Below, one piece after another: positions 54,196-64,000 of a stretch of DNA of 64,000 nucleotides. Source of the stretch: Orbicella franksi (Eukaryota); contig OZ116698.1 in NCBI GenBank assembly GCA_964199315.1, forward strand, positions 30,194,001-30,258,000, read 5' to 3'. The notes beneath the pieces were generated by a model, which did not search any database, was not told the DNA's origin, and was given only the letters and a program-made list of their open reading frames with translations. Position numbers and translations under genes: made by a program. The stretch's first letter is position 1; each line of letters starts with the position of its first letter.

Positions 54196-56328
54196 GTCAA
54201 AGATCTCCGTTGATGATTTCACTGTCTTTTAAGATCGACGATGCGGTAATTTTTGTTCGTATAACTAGCAAGACTGTCATTGGATCACACAAGGGATGTT
54301 ACCTCATTAGATAAACTGTTTTCAACAACATCAACAGTTATAAGATAAAAAACTACTTCGTTTAACATTACGGCCACTTCTTTGGCCCGAAGAAACCCGT
54401 TACTCGGTTGTTTTTTTACAAGCTTACTTTAAGAACGCCTTTAATAGCACAATTGTGTAGTCCAATGGTGATCGTATTAACGGGATTCTTCTGTAATTTT
54501 AGACTGTGTATTGTTTTGCAGTGTCTTTGTGGTATATTTTGAACCCTCTTGACACTAAGGGCGGTGCCCACTTTTGTTTGTGCGCATTTGTTCTGCGCAT
54601 CACGCAAGGCAAAAGACCTTTGTATTTAGCAGGCACTATCCTTACGAGTCATGTACTATCACATGGGTTGTATGGGAATTAAAAGAGAAAATACCACTAA
54701 AAGCAACAGCTCAACAGGCCATCTGTCGTGTTGTCTTCCAATTTGTACTATCAAATTTTCCCATGATCATTTGTCAGAATGAGGCCTATGTTATCATTTT
54801 TAACACCTCATTAATTTAGTACCAATGAACTATAATTAGAATTGTTCTTTTTATTCACATTACAACTAAAATACATGACATGTTATTTCATGTCATGTCG
54901 TACCATTTAATGTCACACTACGCCTTGTCATACTATTGTAAATATAATTCTTTAAATAAAAACACTTGTTATAGTGTTTGGGGGTCGGGGAGTGGGGAGC
55001 AAATAATAGATGACTAATAAAAGCTCATAAAACTGCATTTTATAATAGCTTTTTTTGTCTTGTTGGTCTGCAATGTTTATTAAATCTAACATTATTTTCA
55101 CAATTATTAAGCACCAGATACTGCCTGGTCTATGAACAAAATAAGATAAAAACGTTTTATCCTGTTATCAAATAATTCAGCTAGCAACAAATCTATTTAC
55201 TCTTTTCATCTACTAATAAAACATTTGGGATAAAAACTAGCTTTGTAAACTGGCAATACAAGTGAACTCATTCGTACTTGCACAAAATGGTAAGGCCACC
55301 GTAGGAAACCAAATGATTTCTACTGTATTAAATGCAGTCTTGTTGAAAGGAAGTGTACAGAAGCTTTTAAAAGGCTTGGGCAAGTACAAACGAGTACGAA
55401 AATCATGTCACCTTTGAATACTCAAGAGGAAAGCAATCCAGTTGTAGTTTTTGGTCGGTTCACTAGAGGTGAGAAGTATTTCCTGCTTGAAGCAGGGTTA
55501 ACGACTCCCTTTAGTTCAAAGATAAATAATTATTGAAACTTTGTCCCTAATATTCGAACAGGTTTAAACCAACAGGATAATTCCAGGAACAAATTGAACA
55601 AACAAGCGATTTTCCCGTCAAGCGAAAAATGTGACCCTGCAGAGACATGACAATACACAACAGTCATAACAGGAGTGAATTACATTAGTCCCTGTGACAA
55701 GTTCCCTCATAAACACAGAGTAACTGAATAATGACCCTTCAGTACATTCCCTTATGGCCTGCAGCGTCTGCTTCAAACCCCTTAGAAGTGTTCCCTTATG
55801 TGCATCAATCTCATTGCTGCTAGGTCCCTATTAGTTGTTTCCTACACTCACTCATATATGCTGAATGCACATAATAGATTTTAAGGAATATATGCTGATG
55901 ATCTTGTGCATGCTATGCAAGCCAAAAGACTGATTTGTCCACACATTTCACTGTGCTCTGCATATAATTGGGCATTATTGCTTTTCACCGGGAAATATTA
56001 TCACTATGCAACATGCCACTGTTTAGTCATGTGCAGTTGTTATTACAGTTTTTACACAAGTAATATCCGTATATTTCTATGACATTCTTAAATACAAAGC
56101 TAACCAATCATTTTCATTTAGATTACTATAATAACAAATTCTTTTAGAGTTAATGATAAGAATCACAGAACTAATCCTAATATTCAAGTTTTAAGCCACC
56201 AAGCAGCCAAGGTTCCTCTTTGAACACAGGCAGTTTCTAAACATATGCAGAGAAGAACTGAACCTAAAGAAAAGTGATACATAGTTATAACCGATTAGTC
56301 TGAATGTGAAATTCATCCATCAACCATT

Positions 56329-56655
56329 TAACAACTCTTGTAGAATTTCTCACGCTCTCATTGGCTAATTTTCATTGCGAGTAAGCGGACAGACACAAGA
56401 ATTTATAATTTATGTGATGCGTCAATGAGCGAGAGCAGACAATTTGACAATTTGTTATTGTAATAAACAAATTGATGTCAGTTTTTTAATGCATCTGTCC
56501 TGTTATTGACGATGAATTTTATCATAACACTGTCAAAGTAGTCTGCGGATCCACAAGGTGATAGTCGAGTGGATCCCCAGTTATCTGACAATATTATGAC
56601 AAAACTCATGATCAATAACAGGACAGATGTACGAAAAACTGAGATCAATTTGTTA
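56329..56655. mobile_element. Interspersed repeat with an internal inverted duplication
   Basis: TTAA-bounded. ...GCATCTGTCCTGTTATTGA... is mirrored by ...TCAATAACAGGACAGATGTA..., around a GGATCC hairpin. Confidence 0.55.
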
Positions 56656-56916
56656 AACTGATTGAGTGAGGGATTGATTGAGGAAACAAACAAGCATTTG
56701 AGTAAGTAGTAGGTAGGAAACAAGAGACAACAACATGACAGAGTATGGTAAAAAAAAAAATGAAGTAAACAAACATAAAGGGACTCAATGTTAAAAGAAA
56801 TGAGCTTCACTTGAGCTTGATAATTTAGAGGAACCAAACAGCCCTAGGGAACACACTACTTATTGCTTGAATATTCCTACAGAAAGAAAGTGCTCCTTTA
56901 TGGAAACTACAAGTTT

Positions 56917-57601
56917 GGCAGGTATATTTTGCAGGTTGCAGGTTGCAGGTTGAAATTTAATTATAACTGGAAAACCGCTGGCACTTAAAATAATAATAAC
57001 CTATATACTCGTCAGGGGTTCTTACATAAAGTAGTTTGCCACTTTCACATAATGAAAACACAATCAATCCGCTATAAATACTTATCGATTGACACGCTGA
57101 GACCAGTGAAATCTCTTAAAGGCCATCTGGATGGCTGCTCCACAGATGTTTCCATCAATTCCAGATTTGGCTCGGGTCTTCCCTCAACAACAGAGGATTG
57201 TCATCACAAATGAAGCAAATAAATAAAGAAATGAAATAATATAAGATTTTAACTGACGGAATATACTAGCACAAACTCAGTGTGCTTTCATTTTGGTACT
57301 CACAGGGAAGAAACCAAATTCAGCAGATATTTCAGATGATATTTCACATGTTTCTATAAAAACAATAATTCATTGCAGGCTTAAAATCATAGGAATATAC
57401 TCTCCTCCCATCGCTTCGGCCAGTTTGGCACTAAGGTGGAGGCCACCTTTTTTTTGCAATTGTAAACAGCGTCATGTAACAGTCACGGTAAGTCTACCAC
57501 CTGTACGTTTCTTTTAAGTGCCAGCAGTTTTCCAGTTATAATTAAATTTCTACCTGCAACCTGCAACCTGTAACCTGTAACCTGCAAAATATACCTGCTG
57601 T
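56917..57601. mobile_element. Mutator (MULE)-like MITE
   Basis: About 80-bp TIRs GCAGGTATATTTTGCAGGTTGCAGG...ATAACTGGAAAACCGCTGGCACTTAAAA and its inverse at about 57513-57598. A 9-bp direct repeat TACAAGTTT flanks it at 56908-56916 and 57602-57610. Confidence 0.75.
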
Positions 57602-57689
57602 TACAAGTTTCAATATTTCTATGGAACCTCAATCACTTTATGGGTACAAAAAGATCTCCAAACTGCTAGTACTAAAGCTCCCAGTGGTG

Positions 57690-57830
57690 ATACAGCTTGA
57701 CCGTAGAGTGTTTGCACTGTTTTTGTAATGGATAAGAGTTCAAATCCCTGGCATTGAAGCCTGAATTTCTTCAGCCTTTCTTTTCAGTAGTTTCCACTTA
57801 TTAGTTGAATATGACAGCAAAGATCTAATT
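57690..57830 (+). mobile_element. Decayed tRNA-derived SINE, second family
   Basis: CAGCTTGACCGTAGAG...GAGTTCAAATCCC...AAGCCTGAATTTCTTCAGCCTTTCTTTTC: A/B-box remnants plus a GCCTGAATTT...CAGGC hairpin. Confidence 0.5.
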
Positions 57831-58030
57831 CTCTCTGTACATTCTTTCTTTCCACAGCAGTTCACCGACATGATATCTATTTCATATCTATTTCAACTTT
57901 GACACCTATCACCTTCCTTGCTGATTGACCAAACACTGTCATAAAAGGTCTCCTTCAATCATTGAGGGAAAATGTACACGTCAGATGTACTTACATTCAT
58001 TTGATAGTCTCTCTTAACTCTAAACAGTTG

Positions 58031-58724
58031 TTATGTAGATGAAAGAGTCATAAGATATTCCAGAGCCTTGTCACCATCATTATTAGCAGCCTGGAGACAA
58101 TCCAGTATATTATTCTCCTTGAAGCCATATTCCTTAAATTTTTTCACCAGTTCAAGAAATTCTACTGCCTGTAAATAGAAAACAGTTTAATTGAGGTCAT
58201 CCATGCAGTGTGTATAAGTCTTGTTTCCAACTCCTACAAGCTAAGGGAGACAGTGTCCTAATAGTGAGTGTGTTGGGGACTTCAGATTGAGTTGTCTGTG
58301 ATTCAGCCTTCACTGGGGTAAGAGACTTCAATCTTAATCTCTCTCCACCCAGGATTTGAAATGGGCACTGTAAAATGTCGGGTGCAGTTCTGTTATGGAC
58401 TAAGTTTCAATCTTAGTCAACACTTCATGCCACTGTAAATGGAAATACAGTTAAACCCCGCTATTTTGAACTTTCGGCAGAATCAAAAAATAGCTTGAAA
58501 TAGTGGGGTCTGCCTATACTTTAAGAGCTGGCCCAATGACTGTACACCCCTAGGCTCAAAAGCAAGAAACCTGGACAAGGGTTTGTACACAATCAAGAAT
58601 ACATGTACAAACATACCCATACCTTAGCTTTCTCAGTGTTAGTGTAAACAAGGGCAACTTCTACAGTGTCTGCTGGATAGTTCATTTCACACAACTCTTG
58701 GGTAGCAAGAAGAAATTCCATAAC
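58031..58724 (-). CDS. UBAP1: UBAP1-like ESCRT-I subunit, last two exons (SOUBA repeats); 5'-partial
   Basis: Exons 58724-58623 (VMEFLLATQELCEMNYPADTVEVALVYTNTEKAK) and 58168-58031 (AVEFLELVKKFKEYGFKENNILDCLQAANNDGDKALEYLMTLSST*), phase 0, canonical splice sites. They match the overlapping-UBA C-terminus of UBAP1 (...SKFKEMGF...NNDQDNALEDLM). Confidence 0.8.
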
Positions 58725-60300
58725 CTGTAAAGATTTGTGAAAAGATTAACAGCTAAATGCAATGATTTAGACTACATCCTGACCCTGGTCTTCTTTACAA
58801 ATTAACTGCTGTTTGTATATGAGGTGGTCACATTTTCCAAAGTTCTTTTAATAACCCAAGTGTTGGACTGGCCACTAGGATTGTAAATCTGACCACCTGC
58901 TCAAGAAAGGTAACCTATTTACACACAAAACCATGCTATGCCCAGTTGTTCAAAGTTGGATTCAATTCATGGTTGTGACTTCTAAATTCTCATGGGTTTA
59001 AGAAGTTTACTAGAGTACTGTTTCGATGAGTTTGTAGAAGTGATGCATCAAAGCAATAATGGGAGCTACTATGGAGAAGGTGGGGAGCCAGTGGTATGTC
59101 ACATCCTCATGACCATATTTCCATATTACTTATTTATGGAGGGGTTACTGTTCTTGTTGATTCATTTTAATACATGAAAGAGCAAATACACTCATTAAAG
59201 CAAATAATGTTGGAGGGGGAGAATTGTTTGGGTTTTTTGCTGCTTTTACCCTGGAGGGCTTGAGTGAGAGTCAGGACAAGACCAAATAAGTTAAAAAATG
59301 CATTGGTACTACAATGAGTACATTAATCAGATCTAGCAGAACATTCTTGACTCTGATCGGTTTTACTGGGGCCTACTTGTCACATTGTTGGTGTTGACAT
59401 CCAGTTACTGGTACATATCCAATTACAATTACCAGTGCACACCCACATAATTCGCATGTCAACTTCTGTTCAGGAAATACAATGGATTAATGTTCATTAC
59501 CGTTTGTAAATCTTACAGAAAACACCACTGACTATTCCCTCAATGAAGTTCTCAAAAACTTCTTTAATCTTGAAATTTGTTACTGATACATTCAGTTAGT
59601 ATTTGGACCTCATGTCATACAATTGAGAGAAACATTATTGTACTTGAAGGTGAAATACAAGAGATCCAAGACATTTCAAATAGGCCTAGTGCTACATGCT
59701 CATCCAATTTTGCAATATTACTTGCCTCATGGCTGCTTACATTGTACTCCACTCACTCCAATTACTACTGATGATACTTATGTATTATAACCAGTTGACA
59801 GTCTACTGCTAAAGGTACAATTTAGGTCAATATTTGGGTTGACACTATGTTTTAATGTGACTCAAAATGATTGCAAAGTTTTACGTTTTTGCCTGAAAGT
59901 GCAAACTTCAAGTCCTTCTAATACAGGTTAATAAGATATCATTAATTTTAATTTTCATGAACCTTTTCTGATCTAACTCTACAAAATATGCAAAATATTG
60001 TTACAGATTATTCAAATGCTTCAGCTGTGAAACACCCTACCAAGAGTAAAGTCATGAAACCAAAATCGTCCTTAAGCTTAGAACAACTGCTCTAGACCTT
60101 TGTTTTTCTGCAGACAAGCAAACCATAAACAAAGGCCCATGACACAATGGTATGCACTCAATTCCTAATCTCTGTAATAACTTTACATTTGCTATCCCAA
60201 AAAAAGGACACTGTTATGCAACATCTTTGGCAGCACCAAGTACAGACAGTGCTTGGCCTGGCTGAAATAAAATTTAGAGTCTGGTTGCCCACAGGGAAGT

Positions 60301-60600
60301 GGGAGGCGTGGTGGCCTCATGGTTAGTGTGCTCATCTCCTGATCAAGCGGTCCGGGTTTGAGCCCTGGCCAGGGACATTGTATTGTCTACTTGGGCAAGA
60401 CACTTTAGTCTCACAGCGCCTCTCTCTACCCAGGGGTGTAAATGGGTACCGGCGAACTTAACGCTGGGGGTAACCCTGCGGTGGACTAGCATCCCGTCCA
60501 GGGGGGAGTAGAAATACTCCTAGTTGCTTCATGCTACGGAAACCGGGATAAGCTCCAGCCTGATGGGCCACTTGGCTCGTATACAGACTTTACCTACCTT
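60301..60600 (+). mobile_element. Near full-length tRNA-derived SINE
   Basis: A box TGGCCTCATGG, B box GGGTTTGAGCCC, conserved body, and a TACC-type tail (ACTTTACCTACCTT). Confidence 0.9.
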
Positions 60601-61234
60601 GCCCACAGGGAAAGAGCAACAGACAAACTTGCCAAAAATTAAAACAAATTTATGACAAATGGCATCCAACTTCTCGTTGCATGCGCAGCCAGAGTGTAGA
60701 TTGAAACAATTTGCCTCACTTTTAAAGTTTTTTCTGTTGTTTAGAAATCTGTAAATTTTACATATGGCAGTAAGCAACAAAAAAACATTGAAGGTCTACA
60801 GAGTATACTCCAAAAGGCTACAACCTACAACTTACAATATTATTATTCTTACTCTGCAGAGTGTTCTACAGTGCTTGACCATGACTGCATGGTTACATTT
60901 AGAATTCTGCAAGTCAGAATTAAAACACCTGCTTGCTATGGAGCTGTGTAAGCTTCATGGAAGTCTGAAGTGAAAGGAGAGACAAAGGAAGCAAACAAAC
61001 AAGGCTCCCCTGAAGGAACAGGTGGTCTGAGACAAAATACTTCAAACTGTTTTCAATTGTTTGGTTATTCTCTTTTTCTAGAAAACCTGACTACCTAGAA
61101 GTTATTGCCCAAGTATTAGACCTTAAATATTGCATTCTTTACATGGCCACTCTTTGCTGATAGCCAAGTCTGTCAAGTTTATACATTGTTTTGATTGAGA
61201 GTAAGTATGATTGTGCTTCAACAGTCATAAGCAA

Positions 61235-63325
61235 CTAGCACATCAATGATGTCAGATATAGATTTAGTGCCACATCACCACCTGCTTCATTGGCATTGAA
61301 AGTTCCACAGCATGAAGGACATTTTGTTTTAAGAAGATGGCCAGAGTAATTCACCACTTTTGATTCAACAGTACACAAGGGACACTTGTATTTGGCTGCC
61401 TGAATTCCCTGCAGTGATCTCATCAATTTGCCAGCAATTTCAGCACCATGTTGATCGTAAGCTCTCTTTTCTTTCTGACTCAAGTTGTCCAAAGTCCAGA
61501 ACACATCAAAAAACTTTAGGCCAAGGACATCTGCATTCTGCACCCTGAAAAACCCATTGTCTGCCCAGTCATCCCCCCATGAATTCATCAGACGTAAGCT
61601 CTCGGCATCATAACTTGTCAGAACTACTGCATGGCCACCAGGGTTGCTTGTTGAGTGATGCTTTGAATCAAGGTAGGATCTTGTAAGGATTCCTTTGGGA
61701 TTTTGCTCATAGAACTGGTAGAACCGATCCCACTGGGCTCCACTCAGATAAAATCTGGCAACCACCGGTTGTTTTGCAGAAATGGCCTTCATAGCACCAG
61801 TAGCATCTACCTCTTTGCACTCCAGGCGATACTTTGGACAAACTTCTTCAAGAACTCTTTTGGTTGGGGCTCCGTGCTCTCCATATTTAGCAATTAATTC
61901 ATGTCTCAATTCAAAGAAATCTGGATAACCACCATCTCGTCCTATGATGCGCTTCATAGCAAGGTGTAAAACAGCAGCAGATGCATTTGCATAACAGGTT
62001 CCTCCATGTTGTCTCTTTGCTCCAAAGTCGTCACTTGACTTGTTGATATAGATATCCAGATCAACTGTAGAGAGCATATCCGAAAGAGCATCTTGGCTCA
62101 GGGCACCCTTCTTGGCCATGTCACAGACATCTTTGATAACATCTGGATGGTTCACTTGAAAAAAGAGTCTGGTTTCATTGTTGTCAATATGTATCTTCCA
62201 TCCTCTCTTGACAAACAGAGTGCGTGGTATCTTCTGAGTTGTAATGGTGGAGCTCATTCTGAACATGAACTTTGCCGGATCTTGCCAATGTTCATCTTGA
62301 ATGCTGTACAAATGACGAGGATCAGAAAGCTTTTGGTTTGTTATGAAACAACTGACCATGGTGACTCCAAGATTTGACAAAGTTTGAAGTGGTGGGTCAT
62401 TTCCATCAGTAGGCATACCATCAGAGAGAATGAATAGCAGTTTCTGATGATTGGCAAACTCTTTGTACGAAAACAGATCCACAGAATGATGCATAGCTTT
62501 CATGAGTGGAGTGTCTCCATAAATGCAGGGCTCAATTGTTTCCAGCAACTCATCAACCCGTTCATTAGTTAGTTCTTGAACACCAACACTAGCATGCAGT
62601 ATTTCTGATGCATCATGAACACTCATAATTGCAATTTTGCTGACATCCACCAATTGGAATTCTGCAGCTTTGCTCTGTCTGGTTGCAGCCATGAGTCGTT
62701 CACCCTTCTTAATTGCTTCTTTAACTGACCCTTCTGTGCCATGTGATTGCAGAGTGGAACCAAAAATTGGAACATACCCTGCTGCAAAAAATGCACCTTC
62801 AGTGGCAACATTACGAATTACTTTACCTCCATGAAATAAGTTTAATTCACGACACTCTCTAGGAAGACACTCATAAACAAACTTTTTTGTAAAATCACAG
62901 CTTCTTTGTAAATAGTGCAGCATTGCAGCAGCAGTAGTATCATCAACAACTTTGAGCAAGACATCCATCTTTCCCCAATGGCGAACTCTTGGCGCTCCAT
63001 TTCTTTCAAGAATAGTCAGTGCTTCATCTAACATGTCTCTTTTGTTTGCTCTTGATCTTATATCTCCAATCTGAGCCTGTTCCTTAATTACTTCCTGCTT
63101 TGCTTTCCTAACAGTACTTAACAAATCAAAGACTTCAGGATGAGAAGGACTACCAACAGCTAAAGCAAAGGTCTGGTTTGAAGATGAGACATCATGCTTG
63201 ATCAATTCATCCACCACTTTGAAGATTGACTTTGCCCATTCTCCACCTTCCTCCTCCACCCTGCCACCAACACTATTTCTCATGGAGTTTGAGACATCCA
63301 CTAGAATGCCTATCAGGGTAGACAT
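61235..63325 (-). CDS. vWA domain + papain-like (clan CA, C1-type) cysteine peptidase + C-terminal Zn-ribbon protein, 696 aa, single coding exon
   Basis: Uninterrupted ORF. MIDAS residues DVSNS (aa 10-14), GDTPL (T272) and ILSDG (D302). Peptidase motifs RQHGGTCY (Q439, C444), GGHAVVLTSY (H565) and LMNSWGDDWADNGFFRV (N581). CPLC...CPSC at aa 648-672. ATG chosen at 63325, just after an acceptor-like TTTTTTGTTCAAG. Confidence 0.92.
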   Translation of the reverse strand: MSTLIGILVDVSNSMRNSVGGRVEEEGGEWAKSIFKVVDELIKHDVSSSNQTFALAVGSPSHPEVFDLLSTVRKAKQEVIKEQAQIGDIRSRANKRDMLDEALTILERNGAPRVRHWGKMDVLLKVVDDTTAAAMLHYLQRSCDFTKKFVYECLPRECRELNLFHGGKVIRNVATEGAFFAAGYVPIFGSTLQSHGTEGSVKEAIKKGERLMAATRQSKAAEFQLVDVSKIAIMSVHDASEILHASVGVQELTNERVDELLETIEPCIYGDTPLMKAMHHSVDLFSYKEFANHQKLLFILSDGMPTDGNDPPLQTLSNLGVTMVSCFITNQKLSDPRHLYSIQDEHWQDPAKFMFRMSSTITTQKIPRTLFVKRGWKIHIDNNETRLFFQVNHPDVIKDVCDMAKKGALSQDALSDMLSTVDLDIYINKSSDDFGAKRQHGGTCYANASAAVLHLAMKRIIGRDGGYPDFFELRHELIAKYGEHGAPTKRVLEEVCPKYRLECKEVDATGAMKAISAKQPVVARFYLSGAQWDRFYQFYEQNPKGILTRSYLDSKHHSTSNPGGHAVVLTSYDAESLRLMNSWGDDWADNGFFRVQNADVLGLKFFDVFWTLDNLSQKEKRAYDQHGAEIAGKLMRSLQGIQAAKYKCPLCTVESKVVNYSGHLLKTKCPSCCGTFNANEAGGDVALNLYLTSLMC

Positions 63326-64000
63326 TGTTCTGAATCTTGAACAAAAAATCAACATGTAAGATTATTATGGGCAAAATGTTATCAAGGCTTTAATCCTAAA
63401 TTTACAGTGAAACTAGTTTTTGCAAGCAAGGAATATTAAACTCTGATGTTAAGGATAAACGATATTTAATAATAATATTTACGGATAACTCAGGAACAGA
63501 AAAGTGAAGAAAACAAAAAAACACATATATATGCAAGCAAAACAAAATATTGTGAAAACAAAATAAACCTTGAAAAACCTCAAAACTACACCAGACAATG
63601 AGATGACCAAGAAAACAGCAAAAAATGAATGTAAAAATCACCAAAATGAAAAGGACATCAACTTCAAGATATGTACAAGTGCTAAATAATTTACAGAGAA
63701 ATAGCAAAACAATAATATTGCCTATGACCCTGTTGATCCTAATTTCCATTTTAATTCCACGAAAGACAGAAAGGATAATGAAAATTACTGATTTCTGAAC
63801 ATCTTTATGCCTTTTACAAAGAAAACACAAACATAAATAAAACTGTTTTCAAAAGAAAATGGATGAAGCCAAATGTATCAAAAGAGTGTGGAGCAACATA
63901 TATGCAAAAATAGTGCTGAAAATCTGAAACACAGAGTGCGAAAAGTTTTCCAACTCTTGAAAAAAGGATGTTTAAAGTTCCAACTATACTCTGGGCAGGT

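Noticed and set aside
60301-60380. tRNA-like A/B boxes here and at 30928, 35548 and 57690
   Set aside because: These are SINE heads with no complete cloverleaf, not tRNA genes. No CRISPR array or rRNA was seen anywhere in the window.
59515-60975. Short peptides resembling BEL/Pao (LNEVLKNFFNLE) and LINE (LHLEFCKS) remnants
   Set aside because: Too short and degraded to call without a profile search.
13773-63325. Apparent clustering of ubiquitin and proteostasis genes (UBX adaptor, UBAP1, protease)
   Set aside because: They are separated by unrelated genes over more than 30 kb. Linkage in an animal genome is not evidence of a functional cluster without conserved synteny.
63402-63830. 142-aa hydrophobic ORF on the minus strand
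   Set aside because: A T-rich low-complexity intronic stretch, with no motif or splice support.

Overview
Eukaryotic, AT-rich, intron-rich genomic DNA. The gene content and SINE/MITE families look anthozoan, probably a stony coral (inference). By reading splice sites and exon phases by hand I assembled eight protein-coding loci. (1) The 3' part of an ADAMTS-like gene of the THSD4/ADAMTSL4 clade (+, 890-8913), with one GC-AG intron. (2) A 5-exon, Cys-rich orphan gene (-, 10782-13613), head-to-head with (3) a 17-exon gene encoding a PUB-UBA-coiled-coil-UBX-thioredoxin fusion (+, 13773-29181). (4) An intronless, divergent Lbx-like homeobox gene (+, 32454-33014). (5, 6) Two tandem nicotinic acetylcholine receptor alpha-type genes (-, 34456-39755 and 44543-50694). 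(7) The last two exons of a UBAP1-like ESCRT-I gene (-, 58031-58724). (8) A single-exon vWA + papain-fold cysteine protease + Zn-ribbon gene (-, 61235-63325) that appears to lie inside an intron of gene 7. The remainder is SINEs, Harbinger/Kolobok/Mutator/Tc1-type MITEs, a LINE tail and a 1-kb G/T-rich satellite. The two most novel signals are the vWA-protease gene and the p97-adaptor/thioredoxin fusion. No database searches or computations were run; family assignments come from motif recognition.
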